In this document: positions 40,531 through 51,193 of the stretch, one piece after another
Layout of the letters: every line of letters starts with the position of its first letter
How positions within the stretch are numbered: position 1 is the stretch's first letter
Origin: an uncultured Clostridia bacterium
GTDB lineage: Bacteria > Bacillota > Clostridia > TANB77 > CAG-508
DNA length: 64,000 bases
Assembly: GCA_934120675.1 (NCBI GenBank)
Contig: CAKOUU010000002.1
Span: forward strand, 37,455-101,454
Direction: 5' to 3'
Position numbers and translations under genes: made by a program
Notes under the pieces: model-generated
What the model saw: only the letters and a program-made list of their open reading frames with translations
What the model was told of the DNA's origin: nothing
Database searches by the model: none

Positions 40531-42768
40531 TTAAATTTTTTCATGAATTGTTCTGTTTACAACATCTAATTGTTGTTCTCTTGTTAATTTTGTAAAGTTA
40601 ACAGCATATCCAGAAACACGAATTGTAAGTTGAGGATATTTTTCTGGATGGTCCATAGCATCTAGTAATAGGCTTCTATCAAAAACATTTACATTGATGT
40701 GATGACCTGTTTGTTTAAAGTATCCATCTAACATATTAACCATATTTGTAACTCTTTCGTCTTCAGTTTTTCCAAGAGTTCCAGGTGTTATTGAAAATGT
40801 GTAAGAAATACCATCTTCTGCTTCTTCAAATGGTAGTTTTGCAATTGAGTTCATAACTGCTAATGCTCCATTTGTGTCTCTACCATGTAGAGGGTTTGCT
40901 CCTGGTCCGAATGGGGCTCCGGCTCTTCTTCCATCAGGTGTGTTTCCAGTGTTTTTACCATAAACAACATTTGATGTTATTGTTAATATTGATAATGTTT
41001 GTTTTGAATTTCTATAAGTTTGATGTTTTTGCAATTTTTGTAAAAATCTTTTTACAACACATACAGCAATTTCGTCAACTCTGTCGTCATCATTACCAAA
41101 TTTAGGGAAGTCTCCTTCAATTTCATAATCGACAGCTAGACCTGTTTCATCTCTTATAACTTTTACTTTTGCATATCTGATAGCTGATAATGAGTCAGCA
41201 ACTACTGATAATCCAGCGATTCCACATGCCATTGTTCTTAAAATTTCTCTATCATGTAAAGCCATTTCGATTGCTTCATATGAATATTTATCATGCATAT
41301 AGTGAATTGCATTTAATGCTTTTATATAAATTTTTGCAACATATTCCATCATTTGGTCAAATTTTTCTAATACTTCGTCAAAGTCTAAGTATTCAGAAGT
41401 TATTGGTGCATATTTTGGTGTAACTTGTTTTCCAGAGATTTCGTCTCTACCACCGTTTATAGCATATAATAATGTTTTTGCTAAGTTTGCTCTTGCACCG
41501 AAAAATTGCATTTGTTTTCCTATTTTCATAGGTGAAACACAACAAGCAATTCCATAATCATCTCCTAATGTGATTCTCATTAAATCGTCATTTTCGTATT
41601 GAATTGAAGATGTTTTTATTGATAAATCTGTTGTATATCTTTTAAATCCTTCTGGTAATCTTGTTGACCATAATACTGTTAAGTTTGGCTCTGGTGCAGG
41701 ACCTAAGTTTTCTAGTGTGTGTAAAATTCTAAATGAGTTTTTAGTAACTAATGTTCTACCATCAATTCCCATACCACCAATACTTTCAGTTACCCAAACA
41801 GGGTCTCCACTGAATAGTTCATTATATTCTGGTGTTCTTAAAAATCTAACTAATCTTAATTTCATAACAAAGTGGTCCATTATTTCTTGAACTTGTTCTT
41901 CTGTTAATGTTCCATTTGCCAAATCTCTTTCAAAATAGATGTCTAAGAATGTAGATGTTCTACCAATACTCATTGCGGCACCATTTTGGTCTTTTATTGC
42001 TCCTAAATATCCAAAATATAACCATTGAACAGCTTCTTTTGAATTTGAAGCAGGTTTTGATATGTCATATCCATATTTTGCAGCCATTACTTTTAATGCT
42101 TGTAATGCGTCAATTTGTTCTTTCATTTCTTCTCTTTCACGAATAATTTCTTCTGTGAATTCATTTGTATCTAAAACTTCTAATTCTTCTTTTTTTAGTG
42201 CTATTAAAACATCAACACCGTAAAGAGCAACTCTTCTGTAATCTCCTATAATTCTTCCACGGCCATATCCATCTGGTAGACCTGTTATTAAATGACTACT
42301 TCTTGCAGCTCTTATGTCTGGTGTATATACACTGAAAACACCGTCATTATGTGTTTTTCTTATTGTATGGAAAATTTTATCAACTTCTGGGTCAACTTCT
42401 CTTCCATAAGCTTCACAAGATTTTTCTACAATACGTATTCCTCCAAATGGCATAATTGCTCTTTTTAAAGGTGCATCTGTTTGTAGACCTACGATTTCTT
42501 CTAAGTCTTTGTCAATGTATCCTGCGTCATGTGCAGCTACTGTTGATACTGTTTTTGTGTCAATATCTAATACTCCGCCTTTTGCTTCTTTTTCTTTTTT
42601 ATATAGTTCTAATACTTCGTCCCATAGTTTCTTTGTTTTTTCTGTTGTTCCTTTTAAGAAACTTGAGTCTCCTTCATATGGTGTGTAGTTGTTTTGTATG
42701 AAGTCTCTTACATTTATTTCGTGTTGCCAGTCTCCTGACTTGAATTTGTTCCATTGTTCAAATTGCAT
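40531..42768 (-). CDS. pflB: Formate C-acetyltransferase (pyruvate formate-lyase)
   Basis: 745 aa. Glycyl-radical motif RVSGYAVNF. Active-site Cys-Cys (IACCVSPM). Confidence 0.95.
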   Translation of the reverse strand: MQFEQWNKFKSGDWQHEINVRDFIQNNYTPYEGDSSFLKGTTEKTKKLWDEVLELYKKEKEAKGGVLDIDTKTVSTVAAHDAGYIDKDLEEIVGLQTDAPLKRAIMPFGGIRIVEKSCEAYGREVDPEVDKIFHTIRKTHNDGVFSVYTPDIRAARSSHLITGLPDGYGRGRIIGDYRRVALYGVDVLIALKKEELEVLDTNEFTEEIIREREEMKEQIDALQALKVMAAKYGYDISKPASNSKEAVQWLYFGYLGAIKDQNGAAMSIGRTSTFLDIYFERDLANGTLTEEQVQEIMDHFVMKLRLVRFLRTPEYNELFSGDPVWVTESIGGMGIDGRTLVTKNSFRILHTLENLGPAPEPNLTVLWSTRLPEGFKRYTTDLSIKTSSIQYENDDLMRITLGDDYGIACCVSPMKIGKQMQFFGARANLAKTLLYAINGGRDEISGKQVTPKYAPITSEYLDFDEVLEKFDQMMEYVAKIYIKALNAIHYMHDKYSYEAIEMALHDREILRTMACGIAGLSVVADSLSAIRYAKVKVIRDETGLAVDYEIEGDFPKFGNDDDRVDEIAVCVVKRFLQKLQKHQTYRNSKQTLSILTITSNVVYGKNTGNTPDGRRAGAPFGPGANPLHGRDTNGALAVMNSIAKLPFEEAEDGISYTFSITPGTLGKTEDERVTNMVNMLDGYFKQTGHHINVNVFDRSLLLDAMDHPEKYPQLTIRVSGYAVNFTKLTREQQLDVVNRTIHEKI

Positions 42769-42901
42769 TTTTGTACCTCCTTATTTTTTCTTCTTTTAGT
42801 GTGTTCTTTTTTTCAAATATTATGATATCATAAGTGAGGTTTATTATCAATTATTTGAATAAATTTTTAAGTGAAATTTTTGTGAATAAAAAGCAACACC
42901 A

Positions 42902-43285
42902 TTATTTGATGTTGCTTTTTTTAAAATTCTCTTCAAGTTGAAGTTTTACTAAATCATTAGCAAGTCTACTAATAACTTTTTTATTATAGTCATTTAATTG
43001 TGAATAATCTTCTAAAAATTTATTATCAACTAAATCTGCAAAAGCGGAAGAACTTGTATCAATCAAGCCACTAAAAAGAAAATCTGTAGAGATATTAAGT
43101 GCATTACACAAACTAACAATAGTAGTAGCACTACCAAAAGCTATACCACGCTCTAATTGGCTGATATATCTTGGTGATAAAGAAGTTTTTTCTGCAAGAA
43201 CTTCTTGTGTGTACTTAGTTTTAGTTCTAGCTAATTTCAATTTTTTTCCAATATTTTTTCTTAATTTTTTTTCGATTTCTGTCAT
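42902..43285 (-). CDS. XRE-family HTH transcriptional regulator
   Basis: YTQEVLAEKTSLSPRYISQLERG. Confidence 0.75.
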   Translation of the reverse strand: MTEIEKKLRKNIGKKLKLARTKTKYTQEVLAEKTSLSPRYISQLERGIAFGSATTIVSLCNALNISTDFLFSGLIDTSSSAFADLVDNKFLEDYSQLNDYNKKVISRLANDLVKLQLEENFKKSNIK

Positions 43286-43486
43286 AAAATACCTCCAAAT
43301 ATATAAGAATTATTTAGTTTTGAGTATATCAATCATAATTAAATAATAACACGAAGTATTAGTACGAAAAGATTTTATTTGTAATACTGTTAATAGTACA
43401 AAAAATAATTTTAAATATCAGATAAAAAACAGAAAATATTGTAAAAAATTTCAAACATAAAAATATAATAAAAAAATTGTTACAGT

Positions 43487-43713
43487 TCAGTAGGAAAAAT
43501 TCCTGAAATACCTGTGAATGATATTTTTCATACTTTCTCAGGTTCCCTACATGATGTTAACAAATTCTAATGTAAATACTCTAACAATACCCGAAGGCAG
43601 GACCCTTTAGAGCATTTACTTAAGAATTTGTAACACTATTTTGGTCACATTCGAAATATATTCAAAATATCATTCACAAGTGTTTCAAGGATTTTTTTAC
43701 TGAACTGTAACAA
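43487..43713. repeat. ~230-bp imperfect nested palindrome (P2) in the divergent XRE/mraZ promoter region
   Basis: Perfect 16-bp outer IR ttgttacagttcagta / tactgaactgtaacaa. Second IR tgtgaatgatattt / aaatatcattcaca. Inner 30-bp IR tgttaacaaattctaatgtaaatactctaa / ttagagcatttacttaagaatttgtaaca around loop caatacccgaaggcaggaccct. The inner IR is homologous to the arms of P1. Confidence 0.8.
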
Positions 43714-43840
43714 AAAATTTATAAAAAAATAAAAAAATTTTAAAAAAACTATTGCAAAATAAATAAAGTTATATTACAATTTACATTAAGTGGAGAAAAG
43801 TGGTATAAAGTGGTAGAGAAATGAAAAGAGGTGAAGACCA

Positions 43841-44266
43841 TTGTTAATGGGTGAATATGAGCATACTCTAGATGCCAAGGGCAGATTAATAATGCCTGCA
43901 AAATTAAGACAAGACATTGGAGATAAATTCGTTATAACTAAAGGATTAGACGGATGTTTATTTGCTTTTTCACAAGAAGAATGGTTGAACTTTGAAGCAA
44001 AACTAAAATCACTACCACTATCAGATAGAAACGCAAGAAACTTTGTTAGATTTTTCTTATCAGGAGCAACTGAATGTGAGATTGATAAACAAGGTAGGTT
44101 TCTAATTCCAAATAATTTACGTTCAGCAGCAGAACTAGAAAAAGAAGCAGTAATAATTGGAGTAGGTACTAGGTTAGAAATATGGAATAAGGCAAATTGG
44201 GAAAAATGTGACGAGAATATATCTGTAGATGAAATTGCTGAAAATATGACTATGCTTGGTATATAA
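43841..44266 (+). CDS. mraZ: Transcriptional regulator MraZ
   Basis: M(L/F)[24 protein letters not shown] start after RBS agaggtga. Confidence 0.9.
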   Translation: MLMGEYEHTLDAKGRLIMPAKLRQDIGDKFVITKGLDGCLFAFSQEEWLNFEAKLKSLPLSDRNARNFVRFFLSGATECEIDKQGRFLIPNNLRSAAELEKEAVIIGVGTRLEIWNKANWEKCDENISVDEIAENMTMLGI

Positions 44267-44284
44267 CTTGCAAAAGTTTATATA

Positions 44285-44600
44285 GAATACAAAAGACATA
44301 ATTACGAAAGAAAGACATACAAAAGATTAAAAATACAAAAGATAAGTTTACAAAAGAAAATGTTACTAAAGATTGCTAAAGTAACTAAAGAAAAGATTAC
44401 AAAAGATTAAATTACAAAAGTTAAAAGAACAAAAGAAAATGGTACAAAAGATAAATGTACTTGAGAAAATATGTTCAAAAGAAAACTAATACTAAAGATT
44501 TTACAAAAGATAAAAAATTACAGAAGAATATCAAAAAACATAAGTAAAAAATCCAAAGAAAAGATTACTAAGGATTTTATAAAAATACCAAAAGAAAAAA
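44285..44600. repeat. Degenerate ~15-bp tandem array (TACAAAAGATAAAWT, ~18 units) in the 490-bp mraZ-rsmH spacer
   Basis: Unit starts fall at 44288, 44318, 44334, 44349, 44364, 44398, 44413, 44428, 44443, 44458, 44475, 44490, 44502 and 44518. A-tracts are phased at ~15 bp. Confidence 0.75.
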
Positions 44601-44610
44601 CATATAATGC

Positions 44611-44644
44611 AAACAGCTGGTACTTTTACCAGCTGTTTTGCGTC
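44611..44644 (+). terminator. Perfect 12-bp-stem hairpin, terminator/attenuator-like, ahead of rsmH
   Basis: aaacagctggta cttt taccagctgttt then tg. Confidence 0.55.
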
Positions 44645-44758
44645 TATAAAAGAAAAATATGAGTATTTGAATATAAACTTATTAAAAAAGGTTTTAGAAA
44701 AATCGTATATATAATTTTATAGAATATGTAATATCAAAAACTTTTAAGAGGTGAAAAA

Positions 44759-45688
44759 TTGGAATTTAAGCATAAACCTGTAATGTTAGAAGAATGCATA
44801 TGTGGGTTGAATATTAAACCTGATGGAATATATGTTGATGGAACTCTTGGAGGAGCAGGACATAGTAGAGAAATAGTAAAAAGATTATCAAAAGAAGGAT
44901 TACTAATTGGAATAGATAGAGATGAAGACGCTCTAAAAGCAGCAAAAGAAAACTTAAAGGAATTCCGAAATGTAAAATTCGTTAAAGATAATCATGACAA
45001 TATAAAGCAAATTTTAGAAGACATCGGAATAGAAAAAGTTGATGGAATCTTACTTGATTTAGGTGTTTCTTCATATCAATTAGATGAAAGAAATAGAGGA
45101 TTCAGTTATCTAGGTGAAAATGAACTTGATATGAGGATGGATAAAAATCAGGAATTATCTGCGAAAAATGTTGTAAATGAGTATCCAGAAGAAAAACTTG
45201 CAAATATCATATATGAATATGGTGAAGAAAGATTTTCAAGGCAAATAGCAAGAAACATATGCGAATATAGAAAAGAACATTTAATTAATACTACAAAACA
45301 ATTAGTAGAAATAATAGAAAAATCAATTCCAAAATCAAAACAAAATGATGGACATCCTGCAAAAAGGACATTCCAGGCAATTAGAATTGAAGTAAATGAT
45401 GAAATTAAACCATTATATAATACAGTAAAAGATTGCATAGAATGCTTAAAACCACAAGGAAGATTATGTATTATAACATTTCATTCTTTGGAAGATAGAG
45501 CTGCTAAAAATGCAATGTTAGATGCAAAAGGGAAATGCACTTGTCCACCTGATTTACCATATTGTGTATGTGGTGCAAAATCACTGGGAAAAGTAATTAC
45601 TAGAAAACCAATTGTAGCTACGAAAGAAGAACAGGAAGAAAATAGCAGAAGCAAAAGCGCAAAACTTAGAATTTTTGAAAAAGAATAA
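44759..45688 (+). CDS. rsmH: 16S rRNA (cytosine1402-N4)-methyltransferase RsmH (MraW)
   Basis: TTG start with RBS aagaggtg. Motifs [15 protein letters not shown] and FHSLEDR. Confidence 0.9.
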   Translation: MEFKHKPVMLEECICGLNIKPDGIYVDGTLGGAGHSREIVKRLSKEGLLIGIDRDEDALKAAKENLKEFRNVKFVKDNHDNIKQILEDIGIEKVDGILLDLGVSSYQLDERNRGFSYLGENELDMRMDKNQELSAKNVVNEYPEEKLANIIYEYGEERFSRQIARNICEYRKEHLINTTKQLVEIIEKSIPKSKQNDGHPAKRTFQAIRIEVNDEIKPLYNTVKDCIECLKPQGRLCIITFHSLEDRAAKNAMLDAKGKCTCPPDLPYCVCGAKSLGKVITRKPIVATKEEQEENSRSKSAKLRIFEKE

Positions 45689-45738
45689 TGTCTTATGTGG
45701 GACGGTTCTGTTTGAAACATTGGTTCCAAAATAGACAT
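45686..45738 (+). repeat. Copy 2 of the 53-nt repeat, starting on the stop codon
   Basis: taatgtcttatgtgggacggttctgtttgaaacattggttccaaaatagacat. Confidence 0.6.
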
Positions 45739-45775
45739 ATATGAATTTAAAAGAAAGAGAGGTGAAAAATAACTT

Positions 45776-46285
45776 ATGGCACAAGCAAAGTATCAATATG
45801 GAACTAGCCCTAGAAAGTTAGAACCAGATTATACTAGAAAAACAAGTCAAAGACAAAAAAGAAAACCATTAAAAGTTGTCAAAGAATTGCCTAGACAACA
45901 AATACAAATTTCTAAAGAACAACGTAAAAAACAAATGAAAACAACAGTTACAGTTGTTGGGTTATTTTTGTTGTTATTAACCATAAGTTGTAGAAACTCT
46001 CAAATAGATAGACAATTTGAACAAATCCAAGATCAAAAGAAACAGTTGGCTGCTTTGCAAAAAGAGAATGAGCAATTAAAAGTTAGTATTGAAAATAGTG
46101 TAAATATTAGCAATATTGAAAAGGTTGCTAAAGAAGAATTGGGAATGCAAAAATTAAGTGGTAAACAAACAATATATGTTACTTTACCAAAAAAAGATTA
46201 TGTTGAATCTGCTTCAGAAAAAGTGGTTATTGAAAAAAATAAAACTTGGTGGGAAAAAGTTGCAGATAAAATTTTGAATTTTTAA
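45776..46285 (+). CDS. ftsL: Cell-division protein FtsL-like (septum-formation initiator family)
   Basis: Basic N-terminus, one TM (TVTVVGLFLLLLTI), extracytoplasmic coiled coil. Position in the dcw cluster supports the call. Confidence 0.6.
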   Translation: MAQAKYQYGTSPRKLEPDYTRKTSQRQKRKPLKVVKELPRQQIQISKEQRKKQMKTTVTVVGLFLLLLTISCRNSQIDRQFEQIQDQKKQLAALQKENEQLKVSIENSVNISNIEKVAKEELGMQKLSGKQTIYVTLPKKDYVESASEKVVIEKNKTWWEKVADKILNF

Positions 46286-46389
46286 TTTTTAATTTTTAAT
46301 TTTATTGATAAATTTTAAAATTTGCTACAAGAAAAATTTAATAAGAATAAATTAAAACACTTCTAATAAATATTATTAGAGGTGTTTTT

Positions 46390-48381
46390 ATGGTGAAAAT
46401 TAATTTATCAACAAAAAAGAGGATGAGAGTAACACTGTTTATAATTTTTTTAATAATCGTATTGTTAATCGGAAGATTAGGATATGTGCAACTAGTAGAT
46501 GGAAAGAAATTATCAAAATTGGCATATGAACAACAAACACTAGATAGAACAATAAACCCAAAGAGAGGAACTATTTATGATGCAACAGGGCAGGTTCTGG
46601 CACAAAGTAGTACTGTTGAGACTGTTACTGTAAATCCTGGAAATATTGATAAGAATGATAAAGAAAAGGTGGCAAAAAAACTTTCTGATATTTTTGAGTT
46701 AGATTATGAAAAAACTTTGAAGAAAGTTTCTAAGAGAAGTTCTATAGAAACTATTGCCAAAAAGGTTGATAAGAAAAAGACTGATGAACTTAGAAAATGG
46801 ATGGAAGAGGAGAATATCACAACAGGAATAAACATTGATGAAGATACAAAAAGATATTATCCTAATAATAATTTAGCATCTCAAATTATAGGATTTTGTG
46901 GAAGTGATAATCAAGGGCTTGATGGAATTGAAGCAAAATATGATAGTGTGCTTTCTGGAACAAAAGGTGCAATTAAGAGACATACTGATGCAAAAGGTGG
47001 AGAAATAGGTGAAGAAGGAGAGACATATGTTGCAGCTAAAAATGGAAATGATGTTGTTCTTACGATAGATATGAATATTCAATCAATTGTAGAAAAATAT
47101 TTGAAAGAAGCATGTATTGACAATAAGTGTACAGATGGTGGAAATATTGTTGTTATGAATCCACAAAATGGTGATATTCTAGCGATGGCGACATATCCGG
47201 ATTATAATTTAAATGAACCATATGCAGCATATACAGACGAATTAAAGGGAATTTGGGATACAACAGATCAGGCAGAAAAGACAAAAAGCTTACAGGCTGT
47301 TTGGAGAAATAGAGCAATTACAGATACATATGAGCCTGGGTCAACGTTTAAAACTATTACTGCATCTGCATCTCTTGAGGAGGGGATAGTTACAGATATA
47401 GATAAACAGGGGCAATTTTGTTGTACAGGTGGAATTGAAGTTGCGGGAGTAAGAATAAAATGTTGGAGATATTATAGACCACATGGGGCAGAGAGTTTAA
47501 GACAGGCATTAATGAATTCATGTAACCCAATTTTTATAGGCCTAGGTCAAAAAATGGGTGTTCACACGTATTATAGCTATTTACAGAAATTTGGTTTATT
47601 AGAGAAAACTGGAATTGATTTGCCAGGTGAGGCAGGAAGTATATTTTTGGCTGAAAATAAGGCTGGTCCTGTTGAATTAGCAACAATAAGCTTTGGCCAA
47701 AGATTTGAAATTACTCCAATTCAGTTGGTAACAGCTGTTTCTTCAATAGCAAATGGTGGAAATTTAGTCCAACCAAGAGTTGTTAAATCTATAATTGATA
47801 GTGAAACAGGTGAAAAAACTGATATTGAAACAAAAGTTAAATCACAGACAATTTCTAAAGAAACATCGGAAAAAGTTTTAAGTATGATGGAATCTGTTGT
47901 TTCAGAAGGTACTGGTAAAAATGCTAAAGTTGCAGGTTATAGAATTGGTGGAAAGACTGGAACTTCTGAAGATGGTGTAAATACTAATAAATATGTTACT
48001 TCATTTTTAGGTGTTGCACCTATTGAAAATCCACAAGTGGTTTTACTTGTTACTTTGTATAACCCTACTGGTGAGGGAGGACATCAAGGTGGTGGTGTTG
48101 CTGCTCCTGTTGGAGGCCAAGTTTTTAGTGAGATTTTGCCTTATTTGGAAGTATCACAGGGAAATCAAGATGAAGTTGAACAGGTAGAACAAGTTCAAGT
48201 TCCTAATGTTGAAGGATTAAGTATTAAAGAGGCGGAAAAAGCTACTAAAGAAGTGGGGTTGGAAATTAGTGTTCAAAATGATTCTGAGGAACTTGATAGG
48301 GAAAATACGGTTATTAAGGAACAGTCTCCAAGAGAAGGTGTTAGTGTTAATAAAGAAAGTAAAATTTTTGTACAATATTAG
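46390..48381 (+). CDS. Class B penicillin-binding protein (FtsI/SpoVD-like) with C-terminal PASTA domain
   Basis: STFK, SCN and KTGT motifs. PASTA segment VPNVEGLSIKEAEKATKEVGL. Confidence 0.85.
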   Translation: MVKINLSTKKRMRVTLFIIFLIIVLLIGRLGYVQLVDGKKLSKLAYEQQTLDRTINPKRGTIYDATGQVLAQSSTVETVTVNPGNIDKNDKEKVAKKLSDIFELDYEKTLKKVSKRSSIETIAKKVDKKKTDELRKWMEEENITTGINIDEDTKRYYPNNNLASQIIGFCGSDNQGLDGIEAKYDSVLSGTKGAIKRHTDAKGGEIGEEGETYVAAKNGNDVVLTIDMNIQSIVEKYLKEACIDNKCTDGGNIVVMNPQNGDILAMATYPDYNLNEPYAAYTDELKGIWDTTDQAEKTKSLQAVWRNRAITDTYEPGSTFKTITASASLEEGIVTDIDKQGQFCCTGGIEVAGVRIKCWRYYRPHGAESLRQALMNSCNPIFIGLGQKMGVHTYYSYLQKFGLLEKTGIDLPGEAGSIFLAENKAGPVELATISFGQRFEITPIQLVTAVSSIANGGNLVQPRVVKSIIDSETGEKTDIETKVKSQTISKETSEKVLSMMESVVSEGTGKNAKVAGYRIGGKTGTSEDGVNTNKYVTSFLGVAPIENPQVVLLVTLYNPTGEGGHQGGGVAAPVGGQVFSEILPYLEVSQGNQDEVEQVEQVQVPNVEGLSIKEAEKATKEVGLEISVQNDSEELDRENTVIKEQSPREGVSVNKESKIFVQY

Positions 48382-48494
48382 TACAAAATTCCCAAAAAAC
48401 TCTATACAAAAAGCAAAAATAGTTATATAATGTAACCAAAATTATGAGCAAAAATTTGGTCATAAAACATATTAAAATGAAGGGATGATTCTAA

Positions 48495-49970
48495 ATGGAA
48501 TTAAAAAAAATATTAGTAGGATTAGAAGGGATTAAAGCAAAGGGAAATGTAGACTTAGAGATTAAAGGAATTGAAAAAAATTCAAAAGAAGTAAAAGAAG
48601 GATATATGTTTGTTGCAATAAAAGGTTTTTCAGTTGATGGACATAAATTTATAGCAGGTGCAATTGAAAATGGTGCAACAGCAGTAATGGTAGAAGAAGG
48701 ATGTGATTTAAAATCATTAAATATACCAGAAAATGTAACAATTTTAATGGTACCAGACACAAGAAAAGCATTAGCAATATGTTCATCAAACTTTTATGGT
48801 AATCCATCAGCACAATTAAAATTGATTGGTGTTACTGGAACAAAGGGAAAAACAACAACAACATTTATGATTAAAGAAATATTAGAAAAAGCAGGTAAAA
48901 AAGTTGGACTAATAGGAACAATTGCAACATATATAAATGGTAAGAGAATAAAAGATAGTGATAGAACAACACCAGAAAGTTTGGAATTACAACAAACTTT
49001 TAGACAAATGGTAGACGAAGGTGTAGAAGTTTGTGTAATGGAAGTGTCTTCACAAAGCTTAAAATTGCACAGAGTTGATGGATGTCAATTTGATATAGTT
49101 TTATTTACAAACTTTTCAGAAGATCATATAAGTGAAAAAGAACATCCAACTATGGAAGATTATTTTAATTCAAAATTAAAATTATTTGAAATGTGCAAAA
49201 CAGGAATAGTTAATGCAGATGATTTACATGCGGCAAAAATACCAAGATTATTCCCAGAAAGCAATATTGTAACATATGGTATTGATAATTTTGCAAATGT
49301 CTTAGCAAAAGATATAACAATTACAAATTCATATGTTGATTTCAAAGTAAAAATAACAGACAGAAATGAAAGAGTAAAAACAGGAATACCAGGGAGATTC
49401 AGTGTTTACAATTCATTAGCTGCTATTTGTGTAGCACAAAAATTTGGAATTGATCCAGAAGTTATAAAGGAAGCTTTAGCTGAGGTTAGAGTACCAGGAA
49501 GATCAGAATTAGTGGATAATAAATTAGAATTAACTATAATGATAGACTATGCTCATTCTCCAGAAAGTTTGCAAAATATTTTGCAAGCAGCTAAGAGCTA
49601 TACTCGCGGAAGAGTTATTTCTGTATTTGGTTGCGGTGGAGACAGAGACTCTGGTAAAAGACCAATAATGGGTGAAATATCAGGTAAAATAGCGGATTAT
49701 ACAATAGTTACATCAGATAACCCAAGAACAGAAGACCCACAGAAAATTGTTGATCAAATTGAAGAGGGTATTAAAAAGACAAAAGGTAAATATGAGGTTG
49801 TTGTTGATAGAGTTGAGGCTATTGAACATGCTATCAAGATGGCAAATAAAAGAGATATCATTATTTTAGCTGGTAAGGGGCATGAACCTTATCAAGAAAT
49901 AAATGGTGTTAAACATCCTTTTGATGAGAGAATTATAGTAAGAGATATTATAGAAAAAATGGGAAAATAG
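48495..49970 (+). CDS. murE: UDP-N-acetylmuramoyl-L-alanyl-D-glutamate--2,6-diaminopimelate ligase
   Basis: GVTGTKGKTTT P-loop. DNPR motif (meso-DAP-specific). Confidence 0.9.
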   Translation: MELKKILVGLEGIKAKGNVDLEIKGIEKNSKEVKEGYMFVAIKGFSVDGHKFIAGAIENGATAVMVEEGCDLKSLNIPENVTILMVPDTRKALAICSSNFYGNPSAQLKLIGVTGTKGKTTTTFMIKEILEKAGKKVGLIGTIATYINGKRIKDSDRTTPESLELQQTFRQMVDEGVEVCVMEVSSQSLKLHRVDGCQFDIVLFTNFSEDHISEKEHPTMEDYFNSKLKLFEMCKTGIVNADDLHAAKIPRLFPESNIVTYGIDNFANVLAKDITITNSYVDFKVKITDRNERVKTGIPGRFSVYNSLAAICVAQKFGIDPEVIKEALAEVRVPGRSELVDNKLELTIMIDYAHSPESLQNILQAAKSYTRGRVISVFGCGGDRDSGKRPIMGEISGKIADYTIVTSDNPRTEDPQKIVDQIEEGIKKTKGKYEVVVDRVEAIEHAIKMANKRDIIILAGKGHEPYQEINGVKHPFDERIIVRDIIEKMGK

Positions 49971-50189
49971 TAAATACAATTTGTAGAATTTAAAATTTGA
50001 TAATATATTGTTTTTTTATACCTTGGTGTCGCAATTTCCATATTTTAAATATACTTATATGTAAATTGCTCCAGTTCGCACTCGCTTGTGCTCGTTTGAT
50101 CGCTTACGCGGTATTTCAAAAACAATATATTATCAAAATATGGTAAATTATGAATATTAAAAAAACAACAAAAGATATAAAAGGAAAGG

Positions 50190-51179
50190 TTGATTAAATT
50201 GGATTTGGAGATAAAAGTATTGCTGACAACATTTGTTATTTCAGTAATTTGTGGATTAATAACAATACCAATATTAAAAAAATTAAAAGTAGGTCAAATA
50301 GAAAGAGATGATGGACCTGCATCACATTTAAAGAAACAGGGAACCCCTACAATGGGAGGAATTATAATGATAATTGCAATAATTATTGCAGTTACAGGTA
50401 CATATATATTTTTACATTTAACAGGAAATGAAGAAGTAGCGAAAAAATTGTTACCAATGTTATTAATAACAATTGGATATGGATTGATAGGTTTTATAGA
50501 TGACTTTAAAAAATTAGTTTTAAAAAATACAGAAGGTTTAAAACCAAGTTATAAAATGTTAGGACTTTTAATTATAGCCGTTGCATATGTTTTATTCTTA
50601 ATATATGGTTTTAAAATAGGAACAGAAACATATATTCCAATTTGGAAAATGTATATAAACATTCCAGAAATTTTATATATTCCTTTGGCAATTATAGTTA
50701 TATTAGGAACAACAAATGCAGTAAATCTTACAGATGGAATTGATGGCTTATCTTCAAGTGTTTCTGCAATAATTATAACAGCACTAACAGTTATAGGAAT
50801 AAGTAATCAAGTATATGAAGTATCAATATTTGGAAGTATTGTAATTGGTGCAACATTAGGATTTTTAATGTTTAATTTACATCCAGCAAAAGTATTTATG
50901 GGAGATACAGGTTCATTGATGCTTGGTGGAGTGATATCAGGATTAGCATTATATTTAAAAATGCCATTATTATTACTTGTTATAGCAATAATACCTGTTT
51001 TAGAAACATTATCAGTTATAATACAAGTTGCATATTTTAAAAAGACTGGAAATAGAATATTTAAAATGGCACCTTTACATCATCATTTTGAGTTATCAGG
51101 TTGGAAAGAAAATAAAGTTGTAGTTGTATTTTCTTTGATAACTTTAGTTATGTGCTTTATAGGGCTAAAAATAGTGTAG
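50190..51179 (+). CDS. mraY: Phospho-N-acetylmuramoyl-pentapeptide transferase
   Basis: TTG start. MraY TM topology. Motifs NAVNLTDGIDGL and HHHFE. Confidence 0.9.
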   Translation: MIKLDLEIKVLLTTFVISVICGLITIPILKKLKVGQIERDDGPASHLKKQGTPTMGGIIMIIAIIIAVTGTYIFLHLTGNEEVAKKLLPMLLITIGYGLIGFIDDFKKLVLKNTEGLKPSYKMLGLLIIAVAYVLFLIYGFKIGTETYIPIWKMYINIPEILYIPLAIIVILGTTNAVNLTDGIDGLSSSVSAIIITALTVIGISNQVYEVSIFGSIVIGATLGFLMFNLHPAKVFMGDTGSLMLGGVISGLALYLKMPLLLLVIAIIPVLETLSVIIQVAYFKKTGNRIFKMAPLHHHFELSGWKENKVVVVFSLITLVMCFIGLKIV

Positions 51180-51193
51180 TAGGAGGATTATAA

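Noticed and set aside
43487-43713. Possible small RNA or tRNA in the palindrome loop (cccgaaggcaggaccc)
   Set aside because: No cloverleaf or conserved tRNA boxes. The region is better explained as the apex of the palindrome.
44471-44662. 63-aa Lys-rich ORF in the mraZ-rsmH spacer
   Set aside because: It is a translation of the 15-bp tandem array and the hairpin, has no RBS, and its composition is driven by the repeat.
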